Source: Mobula birostris
Lineage: Eukaryota
Direction of reading: 5' to 3'
Assembly: GCF_030028105.1 (NCBI RefSeq)
Contig: NC_092371.1
Location: 97,305,064-97,369,063 of the forward strand
Length of the DNA: 64,000 bases
A program made the position numbers and the translations under genes. This document shows positions 49,060 to 61,900 of the stretch, one piece after another. Position 1 is the stretch's first letter; the number at the start of each line of letters is the position of its first letter. The notes below the pieces were generated by a model, which was given only the letters and a program-made list of their open reading frames with translations, did not search any database and had not been told where the DNA came from.

Positions 49060-52000
49060 TTGAGATGACGGAGGAAAAAAAAACACTATTGGGAAACGTT
49101 GAAGAACATACTTCTATTTTTAGTTACAGTGGAGAAAGACGTGAAGGTTTCACAAATTGAAATAGTTAGTGGGGAAGTCTTGTGGAAAGCTCGCATCACA
49201 GTAGAAGAGGTGTTGGACGTCTTAAAATGAGTGCAGGTAAATAAACCTCCGGGCTCCTGATCAGGTATCTGTATATCCAAGAATATTGTGGAAGCTAGAG
49301 CAGAAATTGTGAGAGCCGTGGCTGAGGTATTTTCATCGTCGTTAGTGTCGGCTGAAGAACTGGATGTCATGGTCCGGTCCGTGAAATCCGCATTCTGGTT
49401 CACGGTCCGGCCCAGGTTCCTTATTCCAGATTTTCCGGTTTCCCCCAGTTTCTGTTGAGGCAGCTGATTCTCGCTTGTGCTGGCTTCATAAGTAGCTTCA
49501 GGATTCAGCCTCTGGCTGCTGGATTGTTCCTCTCCATACCCCCTGTCTGAATTCCTTCTCTGCCCCTTCTTCCTGAAGTCTTGCCATGCCCCTGCAACCT
49601 GTGTCTGAAGCCTTGCCTCGTCTGAAGCCTGGCTTCGCCTTGCCTCATCTGAAGCCTTGCCTCGCCTTGCCTCGCCTGTAACCCTCAGCTGCACTGCTGT
49701 CTACTTCAATCGCCGCAGCAAGATAAGGAACTGTCTATCGTTGTTTTGAACTGCCTCTGTGTCCACGCCTTCGCTAGGTAGGTCCAGCCATCTGCCGCTG
49801 CCTTGTGTTGCGAACCGTCTCGTCGTATTCTGCATTCTATGTAATGAGTCCCGGCCCTAAGTCCTGTACCCAAGAAGGGGTCCCGCTCTGTGTTCTGTGT
49901 ATGAGTTCTGGCCCTACGTCCTGTTTCCAAGGAGGGGTTCCGTCTCTGTGTTCCATGTTCCTGTCTCTCCCTCGTTTTTGTCTTTTCCATGTGTCTCGTC
50001 CAGCCCAGAAGTACCTTGCCCAGCCGGTTGCTGGGGTTCCATCGGCCTGTGTTGGGGTTCCCTTGTCCAGTCCAGGAGTCTCACGTCCAGTCCTGTTGAG
50101 TCTTCTTATCCTGTAGCCACGTCTTGCCCTCGCCTATTTCTGGAGTCCGAGCCCGAGTCAAGTCTCAGGTTTGGGTCCTTGTCCAGTCTATGGCTCGGAG
50201 TCCAACTCCAGGCTCCTAGTTCCAAGTTCCATGTCCTGGTTCCGCTATCCTAGTCAAGTCCTAGCTCAGGCCCTGTATCCTTGTCGTGTCCAGGGTCTGT
50301 GTCATGTCCAGCGTCCTTTCTTCCCCACTTCCCTTGCTTCCTTGACATGCCTAGTCCTGTTCCTAGTGCTACAGTGTCTGTGTCTTGCAGTTGGGTCCGT
50401 TCCCAGCTGCCCCCTTATGACAGAACAATCCAGCCAGACTTGGACCTAGCGCACAGACACTGTCGTTTAACTCTCACTATCCTGGGTCCTCTCCTGTTGA
50501 ATGTCCCCCATCCCCCACCCGCCTGTGTCGTCCATAGTCTGGGGAAGCCTTTTGGGTCGCCAGAAGGCTCCTATAGAGCGGGGGGTGTTATCATGGTCCG
50601 GTCCATGAAATCTGCATTCCGGTTCATGGTCCGGTCCAGGCTCCTTATTCCAGGTTTTCCGGTTTTCCTCAGTTTCTGTTGAGGCAACTGATTCTCGCTT
50701 GTGCTGGCTTCATAAATAGCTTCAGGATTCAGTCTCTGGTTGCTGGATTGTTTCTGTCCATACCCCCTGTCTGAATCCCTTCTCTGCCTCTTACTCCTGA
50801 AGTATTGCTATGCCCCTGCAACCTGTGTATGAAGCCTTGCTTCATCTGAAGACTTCCCTTGCCTTGCCTCGTCTAAAGCCTTGCCTCGCCTTGCCGCGTC
50901 TGAAGCCTTGCCTCGCCTCTAACCCTCGCCTGCATCGCTGTCTAGTTCAATCACCGGAGCAAGATAAGGAACTGTCTATCGTCGTTTTGAACTGTCTCTG
51001 TGTCCACACCTTCACTAGTTAGGTCCAGCCGTTTGCCAGTACCTAGTGTTGGGAACCGTCTGTGTCCACGCCTTCACTAGGTAGGGCCGGCCGTCTGCCG
51101 CTGCCTTGTGTTGGGAACTGTCTCGTATTTTGCATTCCGCATATTGAGTCCCGGCCCTACGTCCTGTTTCCAAGAAGGGATCCTGGCTCTGTGTTCCACG
51201 TTGCTGTCTCTCCCTCGACCAAGGCTCTGCGTTCTTGTCTCTCCCTCGACCTAGTCAAGGCTTCCGGGTCTTGTCCAGTCCTAGCCATGATCCAAGAACC
51301 TTGGCCTGTCCAAGCCATGGCTTTGTTTTCTTGTCTTGTCCATGTGTTTTCCCCAGCCCAGGAGTACCTTGCCCAGCCCGGTGCTGGGGTTCCCTCGTCC
51401 TGTACTGAGATTCCCTAGTCCTGTCCAGGAGTCTCACGTCCAGTCCTGTTGCCTCTCCTCGTCCTGTAGCCATGCCTTGTTCTCGCCTAGTTCTGGAGTC
51501 TGAGCCCGAGTCAAGTCCCAGGTTCAGGGTCCTTGCCCAGTCTCTGGCTCGGAGTCCATACCCAAGCGTCGAAGAACCGAAGCTGCGTCATGTCTTTGCC
51601 TAGATCCCGGGTCCGAGACCAAGTCAAGACCCAGGTTTCGGGTCCTTGTCCAGTCTCTGGTTCGTAGTCCAAGTCCAGGCTCCTAGTCCCAAGTTCTGTG
51701 TCCTGGTTCCGCTCTCCTAGTCAAGTCATAGACCAGGTTCTGTATACTTACCTCCTCCAGGGTCTGTGTCATGTCTGGCGTCCTTTCTTCCCCACTTCCC
51801 TTGCTTCCTTGTCACGCCTAGTCCTGTTCCTAATGCTTCTGTGTCTGTGTTTTGCATTTGGGTCCGCTACCAGCCGCCCCCTTATGACACTGGAAGACTG
51901 GAGGGTGGCTAATTTTGTGCCTTTATTTAACAAAGGCTGTGGAGAAAAAACTGTAGATTACGCCAATTCCATAGCGCAGTAAACCTGCATCAGTGGTAGT

Positions 52001-52164
52001 GAAGTTACTGGAGGAAATTCTAATGGATAAGTTATATGTACGTGCTTTTGGAAAGGCAGCATTGCTTTGTTCGTGGGAGATCATATTTCACGAATTGAAT
52101 TGAGATTTTTGAAGAGGTAACCAAGAATGTCGGTGAGTGCAGAAGGGTAGATATTGTCTATGTC
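49060..52164 (+). mobile_element. CR1 fragment interrupted by the LTR element at 49365-51889
   Basis: CR1 sequence reads continuously across the insertion: ..gctgaagaactgga | agactggagggtggctaat.. (EDWRVAN). Confidence 0.75.
49365..51889 (+). mobile_element. Non-autonomous Gypsy (Tf1/sushi-like) LTR element: two LTRs with an internal region of about 165 bp
   Basis: 5' LTR TGTCA..TGACA at 49365-50422; primer site 50423-50434; purine tract agagcgggggg at about 50575-50585; 3' LTR from about 50589 to 51889 ending TGACA; exact TSD CTGGA at 49360-49364 and 51890-51894. Confidence 0.9.
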
Positions 52165-52780
52165 TGTCATGAGCCCTGCGGGTCTGTGCAGTTGTATTCA
52201 TTAATTGTTGCCTTGTCTGGAGTCACGAAGCCATTGGACTTTCTGTTTAAACTTGTCAAGTTTATTTTGACTGGCATGGGTTTTCCACATACTCTGATTA
52301 TTTAAGGCAGGCTCCCAATTAGCGCTTACTGTGGCCGCTTGTGTGTTGAGAATGATTCGTCTTGTGGTGTCCCTTAGTAAAACCACTGATATTGTGATTG
52401 AATTAGCATGAATAAACTCTTGTTTCTGTCTCTACATGGGAGTGTCCACACCTGGGTTCAGTCATGTGACTGTGCACATTGTGACAGTCGGACCCCGCCA
52501 TAAATGGACCCAGAGGAGGTTCGACAGCACTTCAGACATCTGCCAGCAGAAGGCGAGGATGCCTTCTATTCTCTGTGTTCATCCCAAGGCTATCTTCCGA
52601 GCTTCTCGAGTACATGTTGGAAGTCCACGCTCCCAGCATCTCTCGTTTACGTTCAAGGTCATCAAGGTTTCCCAGGCCTCCCATGGCCCTCCAGGTTTCC
52701 AAGGACTATTAGAAGTTCCAGAGTTCAGTTTCATGCCCAGAAAAGATTCGCAAAGATGTTACAGGGACTTCATGCTTGAG
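52165..52780 (+). mobile_element. Gypsy LTR (52165-52486) plus gag start
   Basis: TGTCA..TGACA, then gtcggaccccgcca and ATGGACCCAGAG (MDPEEVRQH..). Confidence 0.65.
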
Positions 52781-52789
52781 TTAGAAGGA

Positions 52790-53180
52790 GAAACTGGAGA
52801 AGCAACGGGTGTTTTCTGTGGAGCAGGAGGCAGTCGGATTATTTACAGAGGTATATACTGTATAATCATAGCGGTTTAGATAAAGTGAAGGGTCACAGTC
52901 ATTTCCTCGGGGTAGAAGAGTCTAAAGCTGATGTTGTAGTCTCAGATCAGAGGAAAAAGAGCAGCAAGCTATAGTAGGTGGTGAGTTTATGGAACGGGCT
53001 GCTAAAGGAAGCCCCAGAGGCGGGCGCATAAAGAGCTTTTAAATACATTTAGACAGCTACACAGCTGGGAAATGTTTGGCAGGAGATGGGTCAAACGCAA
53101 GCAAATAGGATTAGCTCAGAAAGGTACGAGTTGTGCCAAACGGTCTGTTTCTGCGCTGTATAATTCTTTGACTCCATGAC
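52790..53180 (+). mobile_element. CR1 3' remnant
   Basis: Degenerate RT C-terminus and tail ctgtttctgcgctgtataattct. Confidence 0.5.
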
Positions 53181-54221
53181 TCCAATACCACAATGCAGAC
53201 CGATTACTACTCTCGACAGGGAAAAGACAACTTGCGATTGAAAATCCCGTCGACATAAATTAAAATGCCAATACCTGCTTAACTATTTTAAGCATACTTA
53301 ATACCCCGCTGGAGAATGCACAAATTTTAAATGTAATCAATGATCCTAGATCATTCCTAAACTGTTGCCTGATATCGTTACAACTGACTGACATAACCCG
53401 GCCTGGCACATTCTAACGACTGCTAAAGAGCCATGTACCGCTCAACATATCTAAATGAGCAAGTGATCGCCTTATCTCATGTAAATTACTAAACCACTTG
53501 GAACATTTTCGAATTGAAGAACATCATCAAAAATTCAAAGTATATTTATTAGCTAAGTATGTACACAGAATACAGTCTGAGATTCGTGCTTCCGCAGGTG
53601 CCACGAAACAAAGAAACACCGTGGAACCCGTTCAGATTGTACGCAAACAACCAACGTGTGGAGGGGGAAAAAACAAATTGAGCAAACGGCAAAAAGCGTG
53701 CGAACAACACATAGAATATCAGAATCGGAATCAGAATCAAGCATGACACCAGGAGTCCAGGAGCATTCAGCTGAGCCCAGTTCAACACCGCCCTGCTAGC
53801 CGACTGCAAGCCGCAGATCCCGTGTCCACCCCAGTCCGCAGCTACGCGCCCCGATCTCACTCAAAAACTGCTAACCCAAGATTTACGAGAATTCAAAAGC
53901 ACATGCAAAATTACTCTCAAAGTCTGCTAAAACGAGTCCACAGCAACGAGACTCGCAGTTCAATCCTCGCACCGTGGAGCACAAGACTCTTGCACCTTCT
54001 CCCGACAGCAGCTAGTGAAGGGGAGATAAAGACCGGTCAAACGCAAGCAGACTGTGCCGAGCACCCGTCCGCCGTCCGCTCTCGACTTGGTAACTATAAC
54101 CTTACTCGATCGCTAACGCATGTGTTTTATCAGCAGTTAAGTACAAAATAGTCGCCTCCGGGATCGGTGCGAGACATTAAACATTAACACTAAGGGTAAC
54201 ATGGCATTTTGAAATCCATAA

Positions 54222-54962
54222 GACCATAAGACAAAGGAGCAGAGGTCGGCCATTCGGCCCATCGAGTCTGCTCCGCCATTTTATCATGACCTGATCCATT
54301 CTCCCATTTAGTCCCACTCTCCCGCCTTCTCACCATAACCTTTGATGCCCTGGCTACTCAGATACCTATCAATCTCTGCCTTAAATACACCCAATGACTT
54401 GGCCTCCACGGCTGCCCGTGGCCACAAATTCCATAGATTCACCACACTCTGGCTAAAAAAATGTCTTCGCATCTCTGTTCTGAATGGGCGCCCTTCAATC
54501 CTTAAGTCATGCCCTCTTGTACTAGACTCCCCCATCATGGGAAAGAACTTTGCCACATCAACTCTGTCCATGCCTTTCAACTTTCGAAATGCTTCTATGA
54601 GGTCTCCCCTCATTCTTCTAAACTCGAAGGAATACAGTTCAAGAGCGGACAAACGTTCCTCATATGTTAACCCTCTCATTCCCGGAATCATTCTAGTGAA
54701 TCTTCTCTGTACCCTCTCCAAATTCAGCACATCCTTTCTTAAATAAGGAGCCCAAAATTGCCCACAGTACTCCAAGTGAGGTCTTACCAGTGCCTTATAG
54801 AGCCTCAACATCATATCCCTTCCACTATACGCTATTCCTCTAGAAATAAATGCCAACATTGCATTCGCCTTCTTCACCACCGACTCAACCTGAAGGTTAA
54901 CCTTAAGGGTATCCTGTACGAGGACTCCTAAGTCCCGTTGCATCTCAGAACTTTGAATTCTC
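54222..54962 (-). mobile_element. 5'-truncated CR1 LINE
   Basis: Open RT C-terminus LYKALVRPHLEYCGQFWAP..; (accataag)n tail. Confidence 0.9.
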
Positions 54963-55120
54963 TCCCCAAGTCGTACCTGTCTCAATGGAATCCTCCTCCT
55001 GGGCATTCTGTCCTTGGAAACTACCCCTTCCCTTTCCCCCTTTCTTGAATATGCTGTAGTTTCCAAACGTTTTGCCATCTTATCCTTTGTTTCAACGCAC
55101 ATAAATCAGGATTTCACCAG

Positions 55121-55268
55121 GGAAGACATTGTATCTAAGTCAGCTTCTTGTTTAGTGACAGGGATAATCTACCTGTCACAACTCTTGTCCTTCTGGAAGA
55201 GATTGTATCCAAGTCAACTTCTTGTTTAGTGACAGGGATATTCTACCTATCACAACTCTTGTCCTTCT
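55121..55268. repeat. 74-bp tandem duplication with internal hairpin
   Basis: Units 55121-55194 and 55195-55268; GTGACAGG/CCTGTCAC stem in unit 1. Confidence 0.9.
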
Positions 55269-55689
55269 TGACCTGCCTGTAACTTTCGAAAGCAATGAAA
55301 CCGCTTAATATAGAATTAATATTGATTATCCCCTCTAAAATCTGCCCGTGTAAATGCAAAGGAGACAGCCTAGCCCGGGCTCGCTTACCCGCGCACACAG
55401 ATGCCTATCAGTTTGCATGCGTGGGTGAAGGAAGTTTTGTTGATGATGTACCCGACGATAATTCGATTCCGGATTTCCATTGAGTACCTTCTGCAGCAAT
55501 ATTTTAGGGATAAGATTATTGTCCTTTAACGGTAAGAACAATCTTCCCTTTTGTTAACTGGAATGCACTAGAACCTTTGAACCCAACACTCCCTTCCACT
55601 GGAACATCGATTCACTTTTACGTTGCATTCGAAGTTCATGATGTGGTCTCCTGTATATTAGAAGAACCAAAATTAAATTGGGTGTCTGC

Positions 55690-55907
55690 ATTATAGAACA
55701 TCTCCATTCAGTCCTCAGTGGTTACTTTGCACTTTCAATTTCTTATCCCGTTAATTGCCAATCCAACACCCACTCAAACTTCACTGCTTTGGCATATTAT
55801 ACTATTTCAATGAGGACCTAGCTGAACTTGAGGAGCAACATCTCAGCTTGCAGCTGAGCACGATGCAGCAGCCAAGGCTCAACAATGAACTCCACAATTT
55901 CAGATAA
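55690..55907 (+). mobile_element. Penelope-like GIY-YIG endonuclease C-terminal remnant
   Basis: EHLHSV, LEEQHLSLQLSTMQ and LNNELHNFR* resemble the PLE C-terminus as I recall it (LEEQHLIFRLGTLQP.GLNIEF). Confidence 0.6.
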
Positions 55908-56129
55908 CAAGAATGACGCCATCGACTGATACTATTTTTTTCTATTTCCATAAATATTTCCCAACCTGGTGCATCTCATATTTCACAGTTTTTATGTGAT
56001 TTTCACTCTCTGTGTGCTATCATTATCCTTCTCTATTTACACCTCCATCAGACAGATCAGCTTTAATTAACAGTTCTACTACTGTATACATTGTGTCCTT
56101 GTGTCTCAGTGCCTCGTAAGAGTGGTTCA

Positions 56130-57720
56130 ACATTTATGTGATGACAGCATCAACCGGAGTGTAGCTCCAGAGCCACGAAAATCCTGCACCCTTAAGGTGC
56201 ACTAGTCTTCTAGGCCACGTCCTTGGCAGATCTAAAAGCGGCCAGACGTGAGGCCCTGAGAGCGGGTCCCATTCCCGCAAAGAACCAATGACAGTGTGTA
56301 ACTCCAGGTCTTCGAAGAACCCTGAAAAGGGAAAAAAAATATTAAAGATAGAAATGGAGCTGTTTCCGAAGATACAAACAAAAGAGTCGCCGGTAGGCGT
56401 CATCAGCCTAAGCTCTGCCCTCAGCTCAGATTCACGTGAATTGCTGCTGGTGCTTGGCCTCCTCTGGTTATCCCGACATAACCCACGGATTGATTGGTCC
56501 CTTAAAGCACTCCACGAGTGGGGACTGACTTGACTCTGTACCTGTATGGGTCGAGTTCAAGCTCCAGCCCGCGGATCCTCTCTTGTGTCAAACACTGATG
56601 TGGATCTATCCGGCCTTCAGGCTGAATACGCTGACCTTGTTGAGTTCTTCAATGAAAAGAAGGCCACCTTCCTGCCTCCACACCGGTCATGTGACTGAAC
56701 CTTTGAAATCTTACTCGGTACTAGTCCTCCGAGGAGCTGGCTCTTTTCTCTTTCTCTCTCTCCCAGAAACGGTGTCCATGGAGGAGTACATCAAGGAGGC
56801 ATTGATCTTGGGGTTTATCTGTCAGTCAAGCTCGCCAGCAGGATTGGGCTAATTTTTTTGTGAGCAGGAAAGATGGCAGACTCCGTCCCTGCATTGATAT
56901 GCCCCCCAAACATATCACTATGAAGAACTCCTACCCTCTTCCCCTGCTTGCCTCTGCGTTCAGACATCTCCGGGAGGAGTCAATTTTTCCAAGATAGGCA
57001 TGCGCAATGCTTGTTACCTTGTTCGTATCAGAGAAAGAGTTGAGTGGAAGGCAGATATCAGCACCTCCACTGACAGCTGTGACTACCTTGTGATGCCCTT
57101 TGGACTGGCCAGCGCCGCCGTTGCTTTTCGGGCCCATGTACGATGTGCTCAGGGATATGTTGAATCGGTGCGTTTTGGTAAATTTGGACGACATTCTGAT
57201 CTTTTCCCGCTCCCACCGGTAACACGTCCAGCATGTCCGGAGCGTTCTCAAACTGCTCCTCGAGAATAACCTGTACGCCAAGCCAGAGAAGTGTGAGTTC
57301 TATAAAGACCAGGTGCCATTTTTGGGGTATATACTTACCACGTCTAGTGTTCAAAGGGATGAAGTTCAGGTGGTCACGGAGTGATCCAGACCATCTACAG
57401 TCAAACAACTGTGACGCTTTATGGGGTTTGTGAGCTTTTATCATGGCTTCATGCAAAATTTTAGCTCTATCGCAGCACCGATAATTGCACTCACCTGGAA
57501 GACCTCTGCAGGACTTCATTGGACAAACGAAGTAGACTGAGCATTCTCGGAGCTAAAGCGACGCTTTACCACTGCCCCAATGCTGCAACGCCTAGATCAT
57601 TCATTGTCAAGTTAGATGCATCCGATGTCGGCATCACAGCTGTCTCTCTCAGCGATCTTCTGCGGATAGTCGGCTGCACCCTCGTGCCATTGTTTCCCGT
57701 TTCTTAATTTTGGCTAAGAG
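56130..57720 (+). mobile_element. Sushi/Tf2-like Gypsy gag-pol relic (protease, RT, RNaseH start)
   Basis: Frameshifted RNACYLVRIRE, YLVMPFGLA, NLYAKPEKCEFYKDQVPFLGYI and FIVKLDASDVG. Confidence 0.8.
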
Positions 57721-57899
57721 CAACTACGGCCAGGGACACTTAGACCCAGAGAAAGTCCTGAGACCCGGGGCAAGCGTTGAGTGCGGAAATGGCCTTGAAT
57801 TTAGACGTAAGGGAAGCTCGGAACGTAGACTCGAGGCATTCGAAACATAAACTCGAAACTTGGACTTGAGAATAGATGGCATTCTCACCCAAAGCCGAA

Positions 57900-58459
57900 C
57901 GATGGCAAAAGGCTACTGTTCAAATTCCCGCGGGTCCATTAATTGGCGGGATCCTTCTGTCATGATGTGCGCTGGCATTGCGGAGGAAAGACAGACTCTG
58001 ATGTTGGCGCAGTGAGAAAAGTTTATTTGTAACAATTCCAACAGAACATCGGTGCCTCGGCCGAACGACACCACGAGGCGTAACATTCTCAAAACTAAGA
58101 CCCCATGGTTAGCGCTAATCGGGTATCCACTTAATACCAGCAATGCGGAAACCTGGAACCTATCAAAATGAAATGAACAAGATGAAACAGAAAGCACCAG
58201 GAGACCGCATTACAAAGAGCGGGTCACTCGAGGAAAACCAAGGAATGGTAAACGATTAATGACCCACTTTAAACAACAATTAACAAATGCACGTTCCCTT
58301 AAAACCTTGGAGACCTCAATGCTCTCCAGGTACCTATGTTGCAATGAGCGAATGAAGTGAACCCAGGTGAAGGACACAGGCACGGAGATTGAGTTAGGAT
58401 GCTTACGCAGACGTGAACGTTGGACAGCAAGTAAGAGGGATCTTGACATGAAGCCTTAA
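57900..58459 (-). mobile_element. Gypsy LTR plus gag start, minus strand
   Basis: Minus: TGTTA.. LTR ..TGACA, then gaaggatcccgcca and ATGGACCCG; LTR start uncertain. Confidence 0.5.
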
Positions 58460-58739
58460 CACAGAGAGAAAGAGATTCATAGGTAAATCTTTAAACTGGA
58501 GCAAAACTTAGAATGCACGGTCCTAAGCGGCCGTGAAACATTAGTTACCACACAGGAAAAACCAACGATCTGGGGACTAGTGGTTGTAACGCCGGGGTTC
58601 TTATGGTGCAGTCTGGATGGAAACTAGGTGTGTCGTCATCAAAGAGAATTAGAAGCAAATGGGAAATTAACGGTCAGAACCGTGGCACAATCAAAGCAAA
58701 TTAGGAGAAAGATATGGAGTAACGATCTAGACCGTCAGT

Positions 58740-58942
58740 GCATTCCCTCGCCCCCCCCACCCCCGCAACTGGAGCCTCCAGGCGAACCACCGGTCTTGTC
58801 CGCATTCTCCCGATGGAAATCGCGGAGCAGGGGAGGGTCCAGGATGAAGGAGCGGGGAATCCAGGAGCGTTCCTCCATGTCGTATCCCTTCCAATCGACC
58901 AGGTACTGGAGACCCCTGCCTCGGAGGCGCACATCCAGTATT
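58740..58942 (-). mobile_element. Chromovirus integrase chromodomain end and polypurine tract
   Basis: [36 protein letters not shown] followed by a G-rich tract. Confidence 0.8.
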
Positions 58943-61900
58943 CATAGAATATAGAACATAGAATAGAACAACACAGTACAGGCCCTTCGGCCCACAGTGT
59001 TGTGCCGACCCTCAAACCTTGCCTCCCATATAAGCTCCCACCTTAAATTCCTCCATATACCTGTGTAGTAGTCTCTTAAACTTCACTAGTGTATTTGCCT
59101 CCACCACTGACTCAGGCAGTGCATTCCACGCACCAACACTCTCTGAGTAAAAAACCTTCCTCTAATATCCCCCTTGAACTTCCCACCCCTTACCTTAAAA
59201 CCATGTCCTCTTGTATTAAGCAGTGGTGCCCTGGGGAAGAGGCGCTGGCTATCCACTCTATCTATTCCTCTTATTATCTTGTACACCTCTATCATGTCTC
59301 CTCTCATCCTCCTTCTCTCCAAGATTAAGCTCCCTTAATCTCTGATCATAATGCATACTCTCTAAACCAGGCAGCATCCTGGTAAATCTCCTCTGTACCC
59401 TTTCCAATGCTTCCACATCCTTCCTATAGTGAGGTGACCAGAACTGGACACAGTACTCCAAGTGTGGCCTAACCAGAGTTTTATAGAGCTGCATCATTAC
59501 ATCGCGACTCTTAAACTCTATCCCTCGAGTTATGAAAGCTAACATCCCATAAGCATTCTTAACTACCCTATCCAGCTGTGAGGCAACTTTCAGGGATCTG
59601 TGGACATGTACCCCGAGATCCCGCTGTTCCTCCACACTACCAAGTATCCTGTCATTTACTTTGTACTCTGCCTTGGAGTTTGTCCTTCCACAGTATATTA
59701 CCTCACACTTCTCCGGCTTGAATTCTATCTGCCACTTCTCAGCCCTCTTCTGCATCCTATCAATGTCTCTCTGTAATCTTTGACAATCCTCTACACTATC
59801 TACAACAGCACCAACCTTTGTGTCGTCTGCAAACTTGCCAACCCACCCTTCTACCCCTCACATCCAGGTCGGTAATAAAAATCACGAAAAGTAGAGGTCC
59901 CAGAACAGATCCTTGTGGGACACCACTAGTCACAATCCTCCAATCTGAATGTACTCCCTCCACCACCACCCTCTGCCTTCTGCAGGCAAGCCAATTCTGA
60001 ATCCACCTGGCCAAAATTTCCTGGATCCCATGCCTTGTAATTTTCTGAATAAGCCTACTGTGTGGAACCTTGTCAAATGCCTTACTAAAATCCATATAGA
60101 TCACATCCACTACACTACCCTCATCCATATGCCTGGTCACCTCCTCAAAGAACTCTATCAGGCTTGTTAGACACGATCTGCCCTTCACAAAGCCATGCTA
60201 ACTGTCCCTGAACAGACCATAATTCTCTAAATGCTTATAGATCCTACCTCTAAGAAACTTTTCCAACAGTTTTCCCACCGCAGACGTAAGGCTCACTGGT
60301 CTATAATTACCCGGACTATCCCTACTATCTATTTTGAACAAGGGGACAACATTCGCCTCCCTCCCATCCTCCGGTACCATTCCCGTGGACATCGAGGGCA
60401 TTAAAATCCTGCCAGAGGCTCAGCAATCTCTTCTCTCGCCTCGTGGAGCAGTCCGGGGAATATTCCATCAGGCCCCGGGGACTTATCTGTCCTAATGTAT
60501 TTTAACAACTCCAACACCTCCTCTCCCTCAATATCAACATGCTCCAGAACATCAACCTCACTCATATTGTCCTCACCATCATCAAGTTCCCTCTCATTGG
60601 TGAATACCGAACAGAAGTATTCATTGAGGACCTCACTCACTTCCACAGCCTCCAGGCACATCTTCCCGCCTTTATCTCTAATCGGTCGTTCCTTCACTCC
60701 TGTCATCCTTTTTTTCTTCACATAATTGAAGAATGCCTTGGAGTTTTCCTTTACCCTATTCGCCAAGAGCTTCTCATGTCCCCTTCTTGCTCTTCTCAGC
60801 CCCTTCTTAAGCCCCTTTCTTGCTTCCCTATATTCCTCAATGGACCCATCTGATCCTTGCTTCCTAAACCTCATGTATGCCGCCTTCTTCCACCTGACTA
60901 GATTTTCCACCTCACTTGTCACCCATGGTTCCTTCACCCTATCATTCTTTATCTTCCTCACCGGGCCAAATTTATCCCTAACATCCCGCAAGAGATCTGT
61001 AAACATCGACCACATGTCCATAGTACATTTCTCTGCAAAAACATCATCCCATTTCACACCCGCAAGTTCTAGCCTTCTAGCCTCATAATTTGCCTTTCCT
61101 CAATTGAAAATTTTCCTGTCGTCTCTGATTCTATCCTTTTCCATGATAATGCTAAAGGCCAGGAAGCGGTGGTCACTGTCCCCCAGATGCTCACCCATTG
61201 AGAGATCTGTGACCTGACCCGGTTCATTACCTAGTACTAGATCTAGTATGGCATTCCCCCTGGTCAGCCTGTCCAAATACTGTGACAAGAATCCGTCCTG
61301 GACACACTTAACAAATTCTGCCCCATCTAAACCCTTGGAACTAATCAGGTGCCAATCAATATTAGGGAAGTTAAAGTCACCCATGATAACAAATCTGTCA
61401 TTTTTGCACCTTTCCAAAATCTGCCTCCCAATCTGCTCCTCTATCTCTGCTGCTACCAAGGGGCCTATAGAATACCCCCCAATAGAGTAACTGCTCCCTT
61501 CCTGTTCCTGACTTCCACCCATATTGACTCAAAAGAGGATCCTGCTACATTACCCACCCTTTCTGCAGCTATAATAGTATCCCTGACCAGTAATGCCTCC
61601 CCTCCTCCCCTTTTTCCGCCCTCTCTATCCCTTTTAAAGCAGTGAAATCCAGGAATATTGAGAATCCATTTCTGCCCTGGTGTCAGCCTAGTCTCTGTAA
61701 TGGCCACTACGTCATAATTCCATGTATGTATCCAAGCTGTCAGTTCATCACCTTTGTTCCTGATGCTTCTTGCATTGAGGTACACACATTTCAGCCCTTC
61801 TACCTTCCTGTCTTTACGCCGTTTATTCTGCTTCTCTTTCCTCAAAGCCTCTCTATATGTTAGATCTGGCTTTACTCCACGCACTTCTTTCACTGCTCTA

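Noticed and set aside
49086-51982. Several ORFs of 90-200 aa across the LTR element
   Set aside because: Low-complexity readings of LTR repeats with no domain motifs.
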